NCBI GenBank assembly: GCA_051294375.1
Contig: CM119268.1
Location: 14,529,396-14,593,395, forward strand
Direction: 5' to 3'
Origin: Paraspadella gotoi
Taxonomy: Eukaryota; Animalia; Chaetognatha
DNA: 64,000 nt
Shown here: piece by piece, positions 42,380-57,300 of the stretch
Position numbering within the stretch: the first letter of the stretch is position 1
How the letters are laid out: each line of letters opens with the position of its first letter
The notes under the pieces: generated by a model
Seen by the model: only the letters and a program-made list of their open reading frames with translations
Told to the model about the DNA's origin: nothing
The model's database searches: none
Position numbers and translations under genes: made by a program

Positions 42380-44885
42380 ATTCCATCGCAAACTTGAGTT
42401 TATCAGTCACGTGAGTAAAAAGGTGATGCTTAATTTTAATTCCCATGGAGTAAAAAATTTGCAATGTGCACATTCAAATATTCGACAAGCGGACTTCGAT
42501 GACAAGTATTCATTTTCTTTAGCGTTAACGAACGATTGCCAACCAACGCGCCAGTTACTTGAGATTTTTCGTAATCTATCGTAGATGGGGCGTCCATTTC
42601 GTGTGATTCAAAGTAGTCAAATCCTGAGCACTTTGTTATTCGTGATGCGCGATGACGCACTAATTTTTTCGGTCGATGTTTAGCTTGATGATTAAGAAAA
42701 CGTATTCTGTGGTTACTTTCGTAGTCACAAAAATTACATTTGTGAATAATGTTTGAATGGGTGTATCGGTGTGACATCAGCTTACATTTTGTGTTGGTAG
42801 AAAAAATCGCAAGTTTCACAAAAATATTTTGGTTCTGTTGCATGGAATCTTTGTGCATTTGCAAGGTATAAGAAGTTTTAGAAACGTAATTACAAATTGT
42901 ACAAGAAAAGTCTCTCGCCGCTTTCTTACGCGTAGTAATTCAATTCTCTCAATTTTTTTTTTTCATATTCTGATTTATGCATTCTCATCTTGTGCCGATT
43001 CAACCAGGTTTGATTTGGCTACATAATGGCAATATCGCACTTGTAAGTTTTTAGAATGCGTCCAGGTTTTATGTTGATACATACGAATATGGTTCATTGC
43101 CGTGTACCACAAATGTCGCCTGTCAATACAAAAATAAAAATTTGTAATAATGAATTAATATGGAGTATCACTCATGCTACAATACAAAACTACTCCATCG
43201 TTTTACCACGTAAGTTTGATTGTCATGCCAATACTTAATGTGCCTCCGTAATAAATAACTTCGGTGGGAGGAGAATTCACATTTTTCACACTTAAAAGTT
43301 TTTCAATTTGGTTCCTGGACTAATTGATTGTTCCTCAGACATCACGATGGAGGACACTGTGTTTTCAACACATTTATTTCGTCAGTCTTGTCATTTTCCA
43401 AGTTGACAGATTTCCTTTCGCTATTTTCCATTTTGCTACAAAAAAAATAAAAATAGAAAATGGTGAAACAAGCAATTTTCAAATTTTCATAGAAATTTCA
43501 TAGTAGTAACATGATACTAAAACTTGATAAATGAAATGCTTTTTGAACATGCAGAACTAGTTGTAAGAATAAAATCATAAACAAAAGTTTGAAAACAAAA
43601 AAATTTTGAAAAACTGAACTGCATGTTATAAATTTGAATAAAAAAGAAAAAAAAATTCAGACAAAAAAACAAGCATAATTCTAGTACTAAACCTGGCAAA
43701 AAATACTAGTTTATGACAGTTTATTACAATATTACAGTTTAAGGATAAAATCAAGAAACTTTTTAATTATGAGTTTTGTAATTCGTTTTCACATTTTATA
43801 GTCGAACAGTTTTAGCTCAACTTGAGCTTGTCGCCACGTGGGATAAAAGATGATGCTTGATGCTAATTCCCCAAGGAGTAAAAAATTTGCAGTGTGCACA
43901 TTCAAAATGCGTCCTAATGGACTAAAATGGAGTTCATTATAACAATGGGGTCAGTCCGAGAAACTTGGTCATATGTAAACTTGGTGAATTTTTAAATTCT
44001 TCTGAGGACAAATGTTCATCAATAACCGAGTTGTCCTTTAAAGTGAATAGTAAGGCATTGGGATCTTTTTGGTGGTTTTCCTTTAATTGACATATTTTTA
44101 GATGCTTCTTAAAATCTAATTTGCTAGTTGCCACAAATTGACACTTTTACATATGATGAACTTGCGATGTCTTGTACGTTTTATGATCAGAAAATAACTT
44201 GTATTTTTTGTTTTATAATCGCATTCGTGACACTCGTAGATTTTATCGAATGAACGAATTTATGCTTATAAAGTTTGGCTTGTGTATTCGTAGTGAAATA
44301 ACAAAGCTGGCAAAGTATTTCGCGTTTGTACTGTGGCTATCTCGGTGGCGTTTGAGCGATTGATGGAGTTTCGTGGTAAAGTCACATTCTGGACAGCTCA
44401 ATATTTCGTTATTAGGCGATTTCTTTTTAAACTGAATTTTTTCCTTGATGATTCCGTGATTCTCCGTTCGTGTCTGGTCAACGTATTGCTGACGAAGAGC
44501 CGATAATTACAAACGCTGCACTTGAAGGTTCGAGTGGAATGCTTAAATATTTGTGTTGATAAAGACGAATTCGATTTATTCCCGTGTAGCCACAAATATC
44601 ACACTGCAAATATAAAAGTAATATAATATTAAAAACCGATTTATTTATAAATTAAAATGTTAGGAAGCTTTCAATCTCTAATTACAAATTTGGATAAAGA
44701 AATTGCTTACCATGTGCGTTATTTTGTCATGCAATATTTGACGTGAGCATTCATCAGTCCTTTCGGGCGATGAGAAATTACATTGTGAACATTTAAACAA
44801 GTTTTCCTCTTTAATTTCTTCTTTATTCATCGAAATTTCAAAGTTTTCAGTTCCATATTAGTTATTTCTACTGAGTTTGGTCCAT
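42380..44885 (-). pseudogene. Frameshifted second copy of the two C2H2 zinc-finger genes
   Basis: Colinear with 31057-33607, with scattered 1-bp deletions; truncated at the duplication boundary. Confidence 0.7.
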
Positions 44886-46768
44886 TTTTAGCATAGAAAT
44901 TGCATTACGACTGCGTCGGAGGATAATTTTGAAATATATAGATTTAGAGAGAGCCACAAAAATTATGTATCAAAAAGAGAGATGTAATATTTTTTGGATT
45001 TTTTTTTACTCGAGTACAGAGAAAGGTGCGAATTAAATTTTTAAACAAAACGGTCTTTTAGTTGAATTGTCTCCATATCTGTTTATCCTGAGAAGTTTTA
45101 TTGTGAGACAAAATTGGAGTTGGGTTTCCGCACTTTTAACTCTTGAACCAGCTGACTCGAACTGATTCGTGAGGATGAAAAGCTAAAGCAGAGTGCTCAC
45201 TTTTGTCGTCAGAGCGCGAGGCGTTGCAGAGAAAACAAAATACGAGAATACTGAATTCAATTTCAATTGGAAATATAATTAAAATTTTAACTATATTAAA
45301 CGTTCAAATTGTTTATTTTTAGCATAAAAAAGTTTCGATAATAAAAAGTTAATACAAAATGAATCCGCCTAATATTATTATTCATATACTGATAAGGTTA
45401 CGGCAACCGGCTCTTTGTCGGATTCCGCAAAGGTCTTCTGCATTTTCTACGCTGGAATCGGCGTTCCATTGACGCTGATAATGTTCACCGTTTGGTGGAG
45501 CGATAATGATTCCAACTTCTCTCTTATTGCTAAAAATCACATTATCCGGCTTGCAGTCTTACGTTGCGTCGTCGTCGTCGTCGTCGTCGGCGTTATGCTT
45601 TTTTGCAATCATTTCTATTGAAAGTGTGATATCATAAGAAGTTGAAAATGTATATATGGCTTCTAATCATCAAGATCTTTAAAATCAATATTCGTATTTA
45701 TGTTTTATTTACAAAACAGCTTCTCTCTCTCTCTTTAATTATATGTCGCTCTCTCTCCCTCTCTTTTCTCTGCAGCGGCTGTCCAGCTTCTCTCTCTCTC
45801 TCTTTTATTATATGTCGCTCTTTCTCTCTCTTTTTTCTTCTGAATAGGGGTAGCCCTCTCAATGGGGTGAGTCAAAAATTTAGAAAGAGAACATGCTCAA
45901 ACGAAAATTTATACATTTTTAAGTATACTTTCATGTAAAAAAATTCTTAACGGCTCTATACCAAGTATTTATTTTTTAATATTTATTTATAGAAAGGAAA
46001 AGAGTTCGACCCTATTCAGATTCGTCGAAAAACGAGTTCAGCTATGCAGCGGCGGTCCAGCGGCTGTCCGGATAACCGATATAAACGGGTGACTAATACG
46101 AGTCTTCGTTTGGCGGAACTGTCCAGCTTCTTTCTCTCTCTCTTCCTCTATTTCTTTCTCTCTCTCCTCGATACTCGATTGTTTGTTCTTATTTACGTTG
46201 ACGATTCTCGTGTCATGAATGCTATCATCGTAAGAATGATCTATCAATCAAGAATGACTATCTCGTCTCAATCATGGTTATCACGCATCATCTTTGGTTA
46301 TCATCATCAATATCAATCTCGCGTCATTTTTTATCTTTTTTTATTTCTTTATTTCTTCTCTCGTCGGCGAGATCCTGTTCTTTTAGATTTTTTCTTATTG
46401 TTCGGTGAGCTCATAAGAGAAAATTTTCTGAGCTTGAAATCGTACTGTAGTAAACAGGCACAGAATAAGTGAGTCATGAATCGTTTTTGTACTTAACTGT
46501 TATTTAAAACTTTTTCCTTAGTTTGAGTTATCTATAGCGGAGACTACAATCTTTTACTATTTTTACTCGATTTATGTTCACCGAAGTTCGCAAAAATTTA
46601 ATGTAAAGATACACTAGGAAAATAAAAAATAATTTATTTGAATTAGGTTATTCAGTTATCCTTAAATGAATCGAGAAAAATGTGATTAAATATTTTATTT
46701 TGAATTATTAAAATCGGCGAAAAGGAAAAAATAAAAAACTTTCATGAACTTCATTCGTATTGAGTCCG

Positions 46769-47849
46769 TCACCGCCAGACGAAGGGGCGATCATCCCGGC
46801 GATGGCAACGAGCATGGACAGCGTCGAAAGACCTGAATAAAACAAAAGAACAGTCGTAGTTAAGATTAACTTAACTTAACTTAAATTTCGTGAAATATGA
46901 ATCTCAAAAAAAAGAACGGTGATTCCAATGTGTTGCGCCGCAGTGACTATTTTCACATGAACTAGCATGACAGAGCATGACTAAAAAAACTTTTTTAGCC
47001 TTGATGAGGTTTTTTCCTGTCTTAAATGAACATAACTATAGGAATTATATGTTTTTAATGTAAGTAGGACAGATCGAACGACAGGCCGACGGAAAGGTGA
47101 CTTATAGAGTTGCTAAAAACCTAAAAAAAATCCATATCGAAACTCACGCAAGCGGCGATGAAATGGTAGCAAAGAGGGAAAAACATTGTTGTGCAGATGG
47201 GAAATCTGTTCCCTTGCAAGACGAAGACGATGCAGACCAATGCGGACACAGCATCAGCGCGATCAGAGGAACAACTGCAATGGAATTATTGAATGGAATT
47301 TGGTTGCTTTTGAACCATACAGTTTTAAGATAGATATTAGAGACTTATATTCGCTGGCATTTGTTTTCATTTACAGGACAAAAGGAAATATGACGGAGGC
47401 GAGATAGTAGACGTAATTACTGTATATGTATCAAATGTTACTCGTTGTTGCGCTTTTGGTCGGGCCTTTCTTACCACGAAGGCTTTCCGAACAAACTTTT
47501 CCAACTGGATGCAAGAGTACGAGGATTCCAAAGGCGATAAAAATCGTCATCATCGTCATGATTTCGTAGACGATCACTTGACCGGCGACCCGGGATCCGA
47601 CTGCTGGTAATGCTCGAAGAGGCGACGGCGGTGATTGAAGACCTGAAGTCAGAGCAGCGAGAAGTTATTTGGGAGCATGTAATTAAAAGAGACTACATAT
47701 GAAAGTGAAAAAGGGATAGTTCAAAGTTGGCGGGAGCTCACTTTGCAGTTTTCAATAAGATGAATAAATCGAATCGATTGACCAGACCAAAATACTCACG
47801 ATTATGATTAGGGCGAAAATGCCGATGAGACTTAACTAACGGTGATCAT
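46769..47849 (-). pseudogene. Frameshifted second copy of four-TM paralog 5 (probably sequencing errors in the duplicated segment)
   Basis: Colinear with 37254-38392 but carries many 1-bp deletions in every exon. Confidence 0.7.
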
Positions 47850-49032
47850 TTTCAAAGTCTGTCGATTAAATCGATTAAAAAAATATTGAGACGACAAAAT
47901 GAATTTTTTTTTTTTTTGGTGTTTCCGAATCGGTCTCCAAGAAAACTGCAGATTGGATTTGTTAAAAAAAACCGTTGGGATTTATAAGAATCCTCTTTTT
48001 CTCGGGATTACTTGGTTTCCGGTCGCAGTGAATCAGTTCCGCTTTTACAGACGTATCGAGTCAAAACGGGTATTAATTTTGTTTTGTCGAAACTTATTCG
48101 TATGTACGTAAGAATTCTAGTAGACTGCGTGAGACTTAATTTACTTATATAAATCAATAACGGATATTGGATTCCGCAAACGAAAACGCTGCTTTTTGTA
48201 AGGCTTTGAAAAAGAAACCATCTTTCTTCTCTTATCTGTTTCGAGAATAATCTGAGGTGGAAAGTTCCGTTTCCAGTCACCCTTTGCAATTTTGAACCAA
48301 TCGTTGCCTCTGAGAGACTTCAATTCTGGCATTTTCCCCTACACTTACGCCGCTCGCATTTATTGAGAATGTCTATTTTGTAATTTGTTGAAGTATGCAG
48401 GACTGAATAAAAAAAGACATTTCTTTCAAAAAAGAAATTTTAATAGTCTTAAAATTTAATTAAAAACAATTTAAAATTGATAATTAAATTTAAAAAATTA
48501 ATGTAATCGAAGAATAGGATTTTCTTTTCACGAAATAATTTTTAGATTTTAAAATCAATTAAAAACAGACGCAACTTTGAAACTAAAGATTTTCTAATAT
48601 GATGTTTAATTGTAAAATTATGTTTTAAGTCTCAATTTTTATGGTTTTGTTTAATTTTCTCCAGATTATCTGTTACGTACCGCTATCACCAAAAATTTTC
48701 AAAAATAAACTGTGTAACAAGACAGAAATAAAGCTAATTATATTCAATAACTCGGATGAACTCTTAATTGCACATTAATCTAATGAATTTTTTTTTTCGA
48801 ACGATAAATCTTGAACCAACGAAAGAAAAAGAATTAAGAGGGCAAATTCTTTGGCATGACTAAATACTCAGAGCTTCGAATAAAAAAATGTTCACAGATT
48901 GAACGCAGGGAACGTTGGGCGCGGTCGAGGGGCAACTTGCCGTCGCACACAAAAAACAAACATCGGACGATATCCTCGCACGGCCGAGCACCCCGTTCCC
49001 GAACGAGTACAAAAGGAACGTCAATTTCAAAA

Positions 49033-52000
49033 TCAGGTGGTCGGGCAAAGCCAAGGTTGACGTCCCCGAACGGTTCCGCCACCTAAGTGGCTGCGTTCGA
49101 TTCTCGAAACGAGAGTCGCGGATGCAGCCGACGAAGGGTTCCGTGGCGCGAAGGGCGGCGAAGGTCGCCCCTCGGGCACGCCTCCGAGTAGAACGGATCG
49201 TTAGTGTCCGTCGAAGAAATGCCCGCCTAGATAAACCAAGTTTAGAGAAAGTTAATGAAAGAATTGACAAAACAGAATTGTAATTGGCAAGGCTTCAACA
49301 GTCTTTCATTGCAACAACTTACCTTTCCGATGCCGGAGTCTGGAAATCGTCGTCGACCGTGAGAGTCACAACGTTTTTAGCTTTCACCGCCTTTTGAGAA
49401 TTGAAGAAAAAGAATAAGGGCATTGAGAATTAATTAAGTCAAAACATAAACAAGACAAACACACATTGAAGAGACGAGAAGGATCGTATCCTCACCATGA
49501 TCTCGTGCCAGTTTCCGTCGCACAAGTAGTTCTTGGCTTCGGGTTCGTATTTGGTGAGGATCTCCCCGGCTCCGTTGTTGGCGCTGAAGATCAGATTGCG
49601 TCCTGCATCTGCAGCATGAGGTAGTCGTCCTTGCGCGCGGATTGGATGGCGACGATGGCGCCGTCCATCGTGCGAGGTTTCATGGCGAATTTGATGATCA
49701 GGTCGAGTCCACGCGGAAGTTGTCGACTAGGTTGTGAAAGAGTGAAAAATTAAAATTGTATTATTACTATATTTACTATTTTATTCATTAAACACTTTGC
49801 TTTCGTACAGAGTTTGATGTATCCTCCATCGATGCCAAAGAAAGTCCCGTCCTCCGATTCGGCGGAGCATAGGCTGGTCCCCACCTCGACGGGGGCTTCC
49901 CGAGACTCGAACCGACTGTTCTTTTGTTTAAAGTCGCGCATACATCCGATGAAACCAGAGGAGACGCTCTGCAGCGAAAAAAAAAAAAAAAAAAATTTTC
50001 AAGGCAAAGAAAAGGCCATTTGCATGGGACTAGAAGTAAAGTTTAACAATAAGTTTTGTAATTTATAACAAAGAAGAAAACTTACGTCCACGTTCCTCAT
50101 GAACTTCTTTCTGTATTTTCCTTCTTTAACTTCAGGCGCGATGCCGCCAAGGTAGAAAGGAGGTTTGATGTTCATCGACCTAAAAATATAATGAGATTAT
50201 TAAAATTATAAAGTGATAATCCAATACGTTAGCTCGGTCGCTCTTAAAGCCGGGTAAGTATTGAATAGAACGATGAAAAATGGCTCAAATAATTTCAGGA
50301 GAATTATCATTATTTCGGGATTCAAGGCTAAAGAAAGATTTCAGTCAATTTTCGTCTTACCAACGAAATATTTTTTATCCAAACGTCAATTCATCAAAAC
50401 AGGGCAAAAATCTATCAATTTGCATCAAAAAAAGGGAGAGAGAGAATCAAAAATGTACGCGCTGGGTGGTTGGAGAGTAAGGCGTAGTAAAACTTCTAAA
50501 TTTAACTTTAATAAAAATTTTAAAAGTGAGGAACGAACAACATTATACTAATGAACATTTATGTATAAAAAAATTATAATAAATTTTACAATTTACGCAG
50601 TAGGCCATATTTATCTTAGTACTAATCCAATAAATGTTAAAATTTCAAACAGTTTTTTCTAAGATTTTTTTGCAGATTTGGATTTGTCATAAAAAGTTGA
50701 TAAAAGAAATATAACTATTTTTAAAAAAATTCCTTCATTAAGTGGGTCAAAAATTAGAAAAAGCTATATTTTAAGCTGAAATTAACTTTTATATATTAAA
50801 TATAGTTTTTGTAATTTTTAACCCACTTAATGGAAGAATTTTTAAAAATAATTTATATTTTCTTTTATCACTTTTGACGAGGAATTCAAATCTGCAATCA
50901 AAATTAAGAAAAGCCCATTTTGAAATTTTTCAATTTTATAAGGATAATACTATATATAAATATAGCCTACTGCGAAAATTAAAAAACATAAATTAATTTT
51001 TTTTACAAATTAATGTTCACTGATGTATGTTGTTCATAATTGACCTTTAGAATTTTCGTACGTAACTTTCACTACGCCTTATTGGAGAGTCCCAATGCGG
51101 ACTGGGGTATCATTCAACGCAAACTATTTTCAATATAAAGAGAAATATATCAAAACGGAAATTGCTACCATGGCAGATGGTCTTGCTTATAATCGATAAT
51201 ATGGCTGACTCTAAAATAATTTTATATTTGTGTTGGATAAAAAATATGTTGAATAATATCCGCTTTTAAATGTAGCGACGGTATGACGAGGAATGGGAGA
51301 TAGAATGAATTGTTTTTCTGTGCAAGTTGTTTAAACTTTCGATAAAGCAGTACATTTTTAAAACCGAGGAACTTCACGCAATTTCAGGAGCCACGTGGTG
51401 AAAAAACAAACGTGGTTCACTCTAACGGCAGTTACCTTGTCCTTTCAGAGGCACTACGTTTTTTTGTCAAAGGAAAGGAAATATAAAACGAGATTAGGTC
51501 TACAAGCTAATTTGACACCAGAAACAAAATAAAACGTTACACCAACCAAAACCGGTAAAGTTCATTATTTTTTATTTTCATTCTGATATATTTTTTTTTT
51601 GCATGATGTTGCCGCTAACGATCCTTTTCATTTCTGCAATATTATAATATAATAACGAGTTAATCTTCCTACGGAAGATTAAAAGTATATTTTTTTTTCG
51701 TTCCGAGATGCGAGTTTTTTTCGTAGTGGCGAACAATAACAAAACTGTCGCCCACGAAAACTCGAGAAAGATTTATGTTCAATTGTTTGTGCGCGTGCTT
51801 TTTTTTCGCAAGGGCGCGATGCTACTGTTCACAGTTTAGTAGGGAATGTTGATTGGTTAGTGAATTGGCAGTCTTGGGGGGGGGAGGGAGAGGAGCGGTC
51901 TTGGTGAGGGGGGAGCGGTTTGATATCGGGGGCGAGGGGGCTTGCGGTTGGGTTCTTAGNNNNNNNNNNNNNNNNNNNNNNNNNACGAGCTACTTACGTG

Positions 52001-54234
52001 GATTGACCCGGCGCCTCGCCCTCGTCCAAGGTTTCGCCGTCGATAAGAAGTTCGCCAGAGCTGCCCGTTCGTCGTAGGCGCATCTGGAAGATCGTGCGAA
52101 GGGAAATTAGAATTATAAAAAGTATAAAACATTGTACCACAATGTAAATAAAATTGATATTTACCGCATGCCACTGGCCGTCGTTGAATGTTCTCTTCGA
52201 CGTGAGACGCAACACGCCGGAGCCGCAGTTGAAGGCGTAATAAACGATTCCGTCCTGGAAAATAACCGCAACTCCAAGTCACTCAAACTTTAAAAAAGTG
52301 CGTTTTATTTCGCTAAAAAGTTTTTTACCTTCATATAAACGGATATAAAGTCTGTCTGTCTGTCTCCGGAAACGTAAAACAAGAGTCCCATCGGGGCGGA
52401 TGTTTGGAAATCGAAGGTGAAGTCGTGTTTGGATCGAATGCGACCGGGGACCTTGGAACGGGGGGGGGGCAGGAGGTCAAAAGTTAATGACGGGAGCAAG
52501 AAAGGAGAAGAAAGATAAGTTTTCGAAAGAAAAAAATGTTGAGAGAAATTTCAGGAAGGCAAAAAAAAAGGCAATAGAAAGAAGAAACCATTTAAAAATC
52601 CGATGACCATATCTTGACAATCCCTTCACGGCCTCGACATCATCGATCGCGTTGTACCTTGGCGAATTCCAGCCTCGAGTCCGGCGCCCCGCCAAACTTG
52701 TACCCATCGACGCTGCCAGATCCGCCACTTCCGGCCCCGGCGGCCGAAGCTGAAGACGCCGGAACTTTGGGCAACGCGCACTTGACTCCCGCGGACCCGT
52801 CCAATAGACGCCAAGAGACCTCTTCCGAGAACGGGCCGGCGCCGTAGTCGTTGAGCGCCATCACGCGGAAAATGTAAACGCGACCGGCGAGTAGTTGGCG
52901 AAGGATGGCGCTGCAAAAATAGTTTTATTATAATACAGAGTATGTACATGTATGCATGTGTTCAAGTCAGTTATTAAGAGGTAGACGAAGATATCAACGG
53001 ACCTCCTCTGATCGCCAACGATATTTATTGTGCTCCAAGCAGAATCGTCGATATCCAAGCCGGTGCCGTCGTCAAGGGCATAGAAAACGCGGTAACCTAG
53101 CAACGAAAATTAAGTTCATGAAAATTGAAGAGGAAACGAACTAGATTAACATCCATGACGAAGTTTTCTCTACCGGTTATAATTTCGCCAGGATCGACGA
53201 AGTATTCCCAAGAAACTTCAACTTCTCCCGCGGCTTGTCCGTCAGCGACGCCGATATTGGTCGGCGCTTTGATCGGTGGACCTAAACGAAAACAAATTGG
53301 GCGTCAACAATGGGTAACGATGACGGAGTTACGACGACGAAAATGATGTAAGACAGATGTAACAGACGATCACTTAGGATAATACACGAATAATGAAAGT
53401 TTATAGAAGATTGTGTAAATATATAAATCCATTTTTGAAAATATTTTACGCGCAGCAGAAAAATTTTCATTCAGAGATTCGCTATTCTAAGACAGCGCGA
53501 AATAGTTCAGAATATGTAACTATAAACGCTTTATTGACGCGTTATTAAACGGTAAGGGATATGGAAATCCCGACTTTCAGACATTTTATTATTCTCAATT
53601 GATTCCTTTAAAAAGTATTAGAAAACCATCAATTTATAACTCGGGTAATTAATCTCAAAACAAAGGATAAAATTCATGACATTTTAACGTCTTGCAAAAA
53701 AAAAGTCTTACTCTCGGGAAAATTGGGGCGGCTTATCGGCGATGGACCAAGGTCCACAGTTTCTCCCTTATCTTTGATAAAAAAAAAAAATTCATGCAAA
53801 TTTTGTAAATAAAGAAAGATGGAGCTTTATATAATTGTTAAATAAGCTTTTTAACACGTCACATCAAAAGAGCAACGAAAGAAGTAAATTCAAATCGGAA
53901 GCGGTTAGTACTCGAATTAAAAAAATACTTACCAGGGAACGGACGGCTATGACCTCGATCGAAAGTCTACTAATTGATATGACTTTTGCTTTTCAATATT
54001 TAAAACTAATAACTTTTTTCAACATTTCCTAAAAGATTCAGAAAAATCTTATAGATTCAATTATGCATGATTGTTTAATTTCCTTTATATTTCGTTGTAT
54101 TTCGAATTTTGTTTACAAAGTAGAGAGTTTTAAATTTTCTTTAAACGATTTTATTTTATATCGGACATGTTTCGGTTCTTGTTCGAACCTTCATCAGCGA
54201 AAATATTTCAAAGTGGCAATTTTTGAAATAAGTT

Positions 54235-54313
<79 letters not shown>

Positions 54314-57300
54314 TCAAATTAAAAGTTGCCAACAAATATTTGAGAAAGGACAGTGGTCAGATAAGTGAGGACAGCTTCAGTGAAGTTGTTTAAATAAAAT
54401 TAAAAACTCTCTACTTTGTAAACAAGATTCAATTCTAAAAGTTTATTCTTTAGTAAATTTATATTTTCCCCTAACGAAATTCACCTGAGAAGAGCGGCTT
54501 CGGCCCAGGCGCGTCCCCGTCGGCCCCCGACGTTTCCACGGCAACCGAACCCTCGTGCAGGTTGTTAATCTGATCGCTAACTCTATTAGGGTGGTTATTG
54601 CGGTCGGCCGCGGACTCGGCCAAAACAGGGACAGCAGTGGCGTTAATAGATATGGTGCCGATAGAGCGAGAAGCGGAAGAAGCCGCGGCGGCGGCGACGA
54701 GCCGTTGTTCATTTGTCGAAACACTGCGGTTAGTAGCGTCCCCGAACCGCGCGGCGGAGCTAGGGGTCTCGTTTGCCGAGTCCGACGAGCCGCGGCTCTC
54801 GTCGGATTGCAAAAGATCATCGCTTTCACCTGTATTCGGTTCGCTGGTGGGAACCTCGACCGTGGGTTCCGTGATTGGGGGAAGGTTGGGGATCAGGCAT
54901 TGATCCAGACCGACGTTGACGCGGGAACTGGGCGGCCCGACGGCAAAGTCGATGAATCTTGTCGGAAAGAGGTAATATTACTATCACGAGCCAAATTCAC
55001 CAAAGACTTTTACAAATTGTAATGCTTACTTGTCATTGATATTAACATCGGCCAAGCATCCCTTGAAACGTTTAGTGGTTGGAACGTTGTCGGGATTTAG
55101 CCGGTAGGACAAGGGCACGCCGCCGAAGTACATGGCCTTCGTCTTGATCTTTGGCTTTTGACGCAAGTCGACCTGATAGAATAAGAGGGAAAACGAGAAA
55201 AAATGATAAATCCCGTTAAAAATATAATTTCGGACTTAAATTAGGATATTAACCTCGATCTTGTCGTCCACTCGATCGTCGAACGTGACCGACAGCTTCT
55301 TCTTCCGCAGAGAGACGGTCACGTGATGCCAGAACCCATCGCTGAATCCCGCGCGAGCCGCTTCGCTGACGGTGGTGTCCACAGCGACGGAGCTGCCACG
55401 CGAAGGCTCTAGCACCACGTGGATTTGTCCGTCAACGAGACCGATGGCCAGAGACTGTTTTGAAAAGACGAATGGGTTAAAAAAAACAACCTCAATTTAA
55501 AACGAGAAGACGAGAGAAACAACTTCATTTCATCTACCTGATCTTGGTTCTCACTGGCGGAATAGACCAAGAGCCCGTCGTCCTCGACCGTGCGGAACTT
55601 GAAGCCAAAGTCGAAGCCGTTAAAGTCGCGCGGAGGCACCATCGCGATGTAGCCCTCGTCGCCGTGCTTCTTGAAGGTCGCTAGGGACACGTCCTGAGAG
55701 GTTAGCGAAATAAAGAAACATCGGTGAGGCAAAAGCTACATTATCGTACGAGTGGGACAAAAAAAGCATGCCGCGAAAATTAGCCAAACCAGTGTATGAT
55801 TTAACCTGTTACATTTAACTGTATTTAGAGAGAAAAATATCTTGGGTAAAGTCATTTTTACTGTTGGCGTTAATTCATCATAGCGAAAACAATAAAATAA
55901 AATAGTTCCCTTTATCCATTTTTATTGATAACGCGATCAATCATTAAAAATCCTGCAGAATCATCAAATTTTTAGCGGAAAACAGAGCGAAGAGTCTAGC
56001 AAATAACTCGCTACATGCTTTTAATATCCTCGGCGATATGAAGTACAATAAAAGCGGATTAAAAAAAAAACAATAACTTTCGCGTAATGCGGAGCGTTAA
56101 AAAATTTTCGCTCCAAAATGAAGCGACGGTTTAAAATCGTGCCAAGATAGTATCGTCGATACGGAAGAAGTTGGGACTGAGGTACTGAGGTAGCAGTAAA
56201 AGTGAAGTTTTGAGATAGAAAGATAGAGAGTAAAGATAAAGTGACAAAAATGCGGCGTGGATTAGTACCTAAGGGGAAAAAAGGCAAGGAAAGCTGCTCC
56301 GAGAAAAGCTTTATCTCTTTGAAAAGAAAATAGCCTTTCATAGAGAATGATTCAATTTTTCTTTACGTTTAGTTAGAGAAAAAAAACAAAGACTGCTGTC
56401 TTTCGCGATTTGGTGAAAATGGGGAGGGGGTTTCGTATCTCTCTCTCTCTCAGAGATGAAAAAGAGAAAAACGGGAATACGAAGAAAAATCGCTTCATTT
56501 CAATTTCTCAAAAAAAAAAAAAAAGACATGACAGGTCAAAACTTCCGTGACATGCCGTTTTAAGTATTCTCCGGAGATGTCATGCCAAACTCTCGTGGTT
56601 TGACATGACAAGTCATCAAACGCGGACGTACCGAGAAATGGGGCGCCACGCAATGGGCACCGGCTCTCATCCATTGCAATTGAGACACTTTTTTTTGTGT
56701 TCGTGTGTGCGTATTTTAAATGTGAAATTTTTGTTATGACACGAAAATCGAGTTATAAAGATTATTTTTCAATTGAACCAAAAAACTGTCAACGCGAGAA
56801 CGTCATCGTTAATATATGATAGAAACTGATGTTAGTGTTTGTATAACTACTCCGATTCTTGAATACATACGTACGTATACGGAAACATTATAACAACAAA
56901 CGGGGGAATAATAGAATAAGAAGAAACAAGTCGGTCTACTCACCATATTCATCACCCCCGACAACCCCCCCACGCTCCCAAAACTCCTCACCGAGAAGGA
57001 GCATCCCTCGATGATCCCGCGGGCCTCCTCGTTGTCCTTGAGCTTTCTCAACGCCGTCCCCAATATGACGCCCTGGATGCAACCGTGGAATCCGGCCGAC
57101 GTCACTTCCGGTCGCCGGTGATCCATCTTGACTCCGCCGATCATGACCTCGTCGGTGATGGAGAGTTCCTTCATGTTGCCGGGCGCCATGCCTGTCGCCT
57201 CTGCGGAATGAGCAAAACGAATTTATTCATTAGAAACTTTCTAAAAACTTTATTTTTACGTGAGTTAAACGAAGTTTATTCCGTAAATCTTTTAAAAAAA

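Noticed and set aside
53933-53966. Possible laminin micro-exon (TFDRGHSRPFP) with a GTAAG donor
   Set aside because: It needs phase-0 entry but the upstream intron is phase 1; the phase-1 reading hits TAG.
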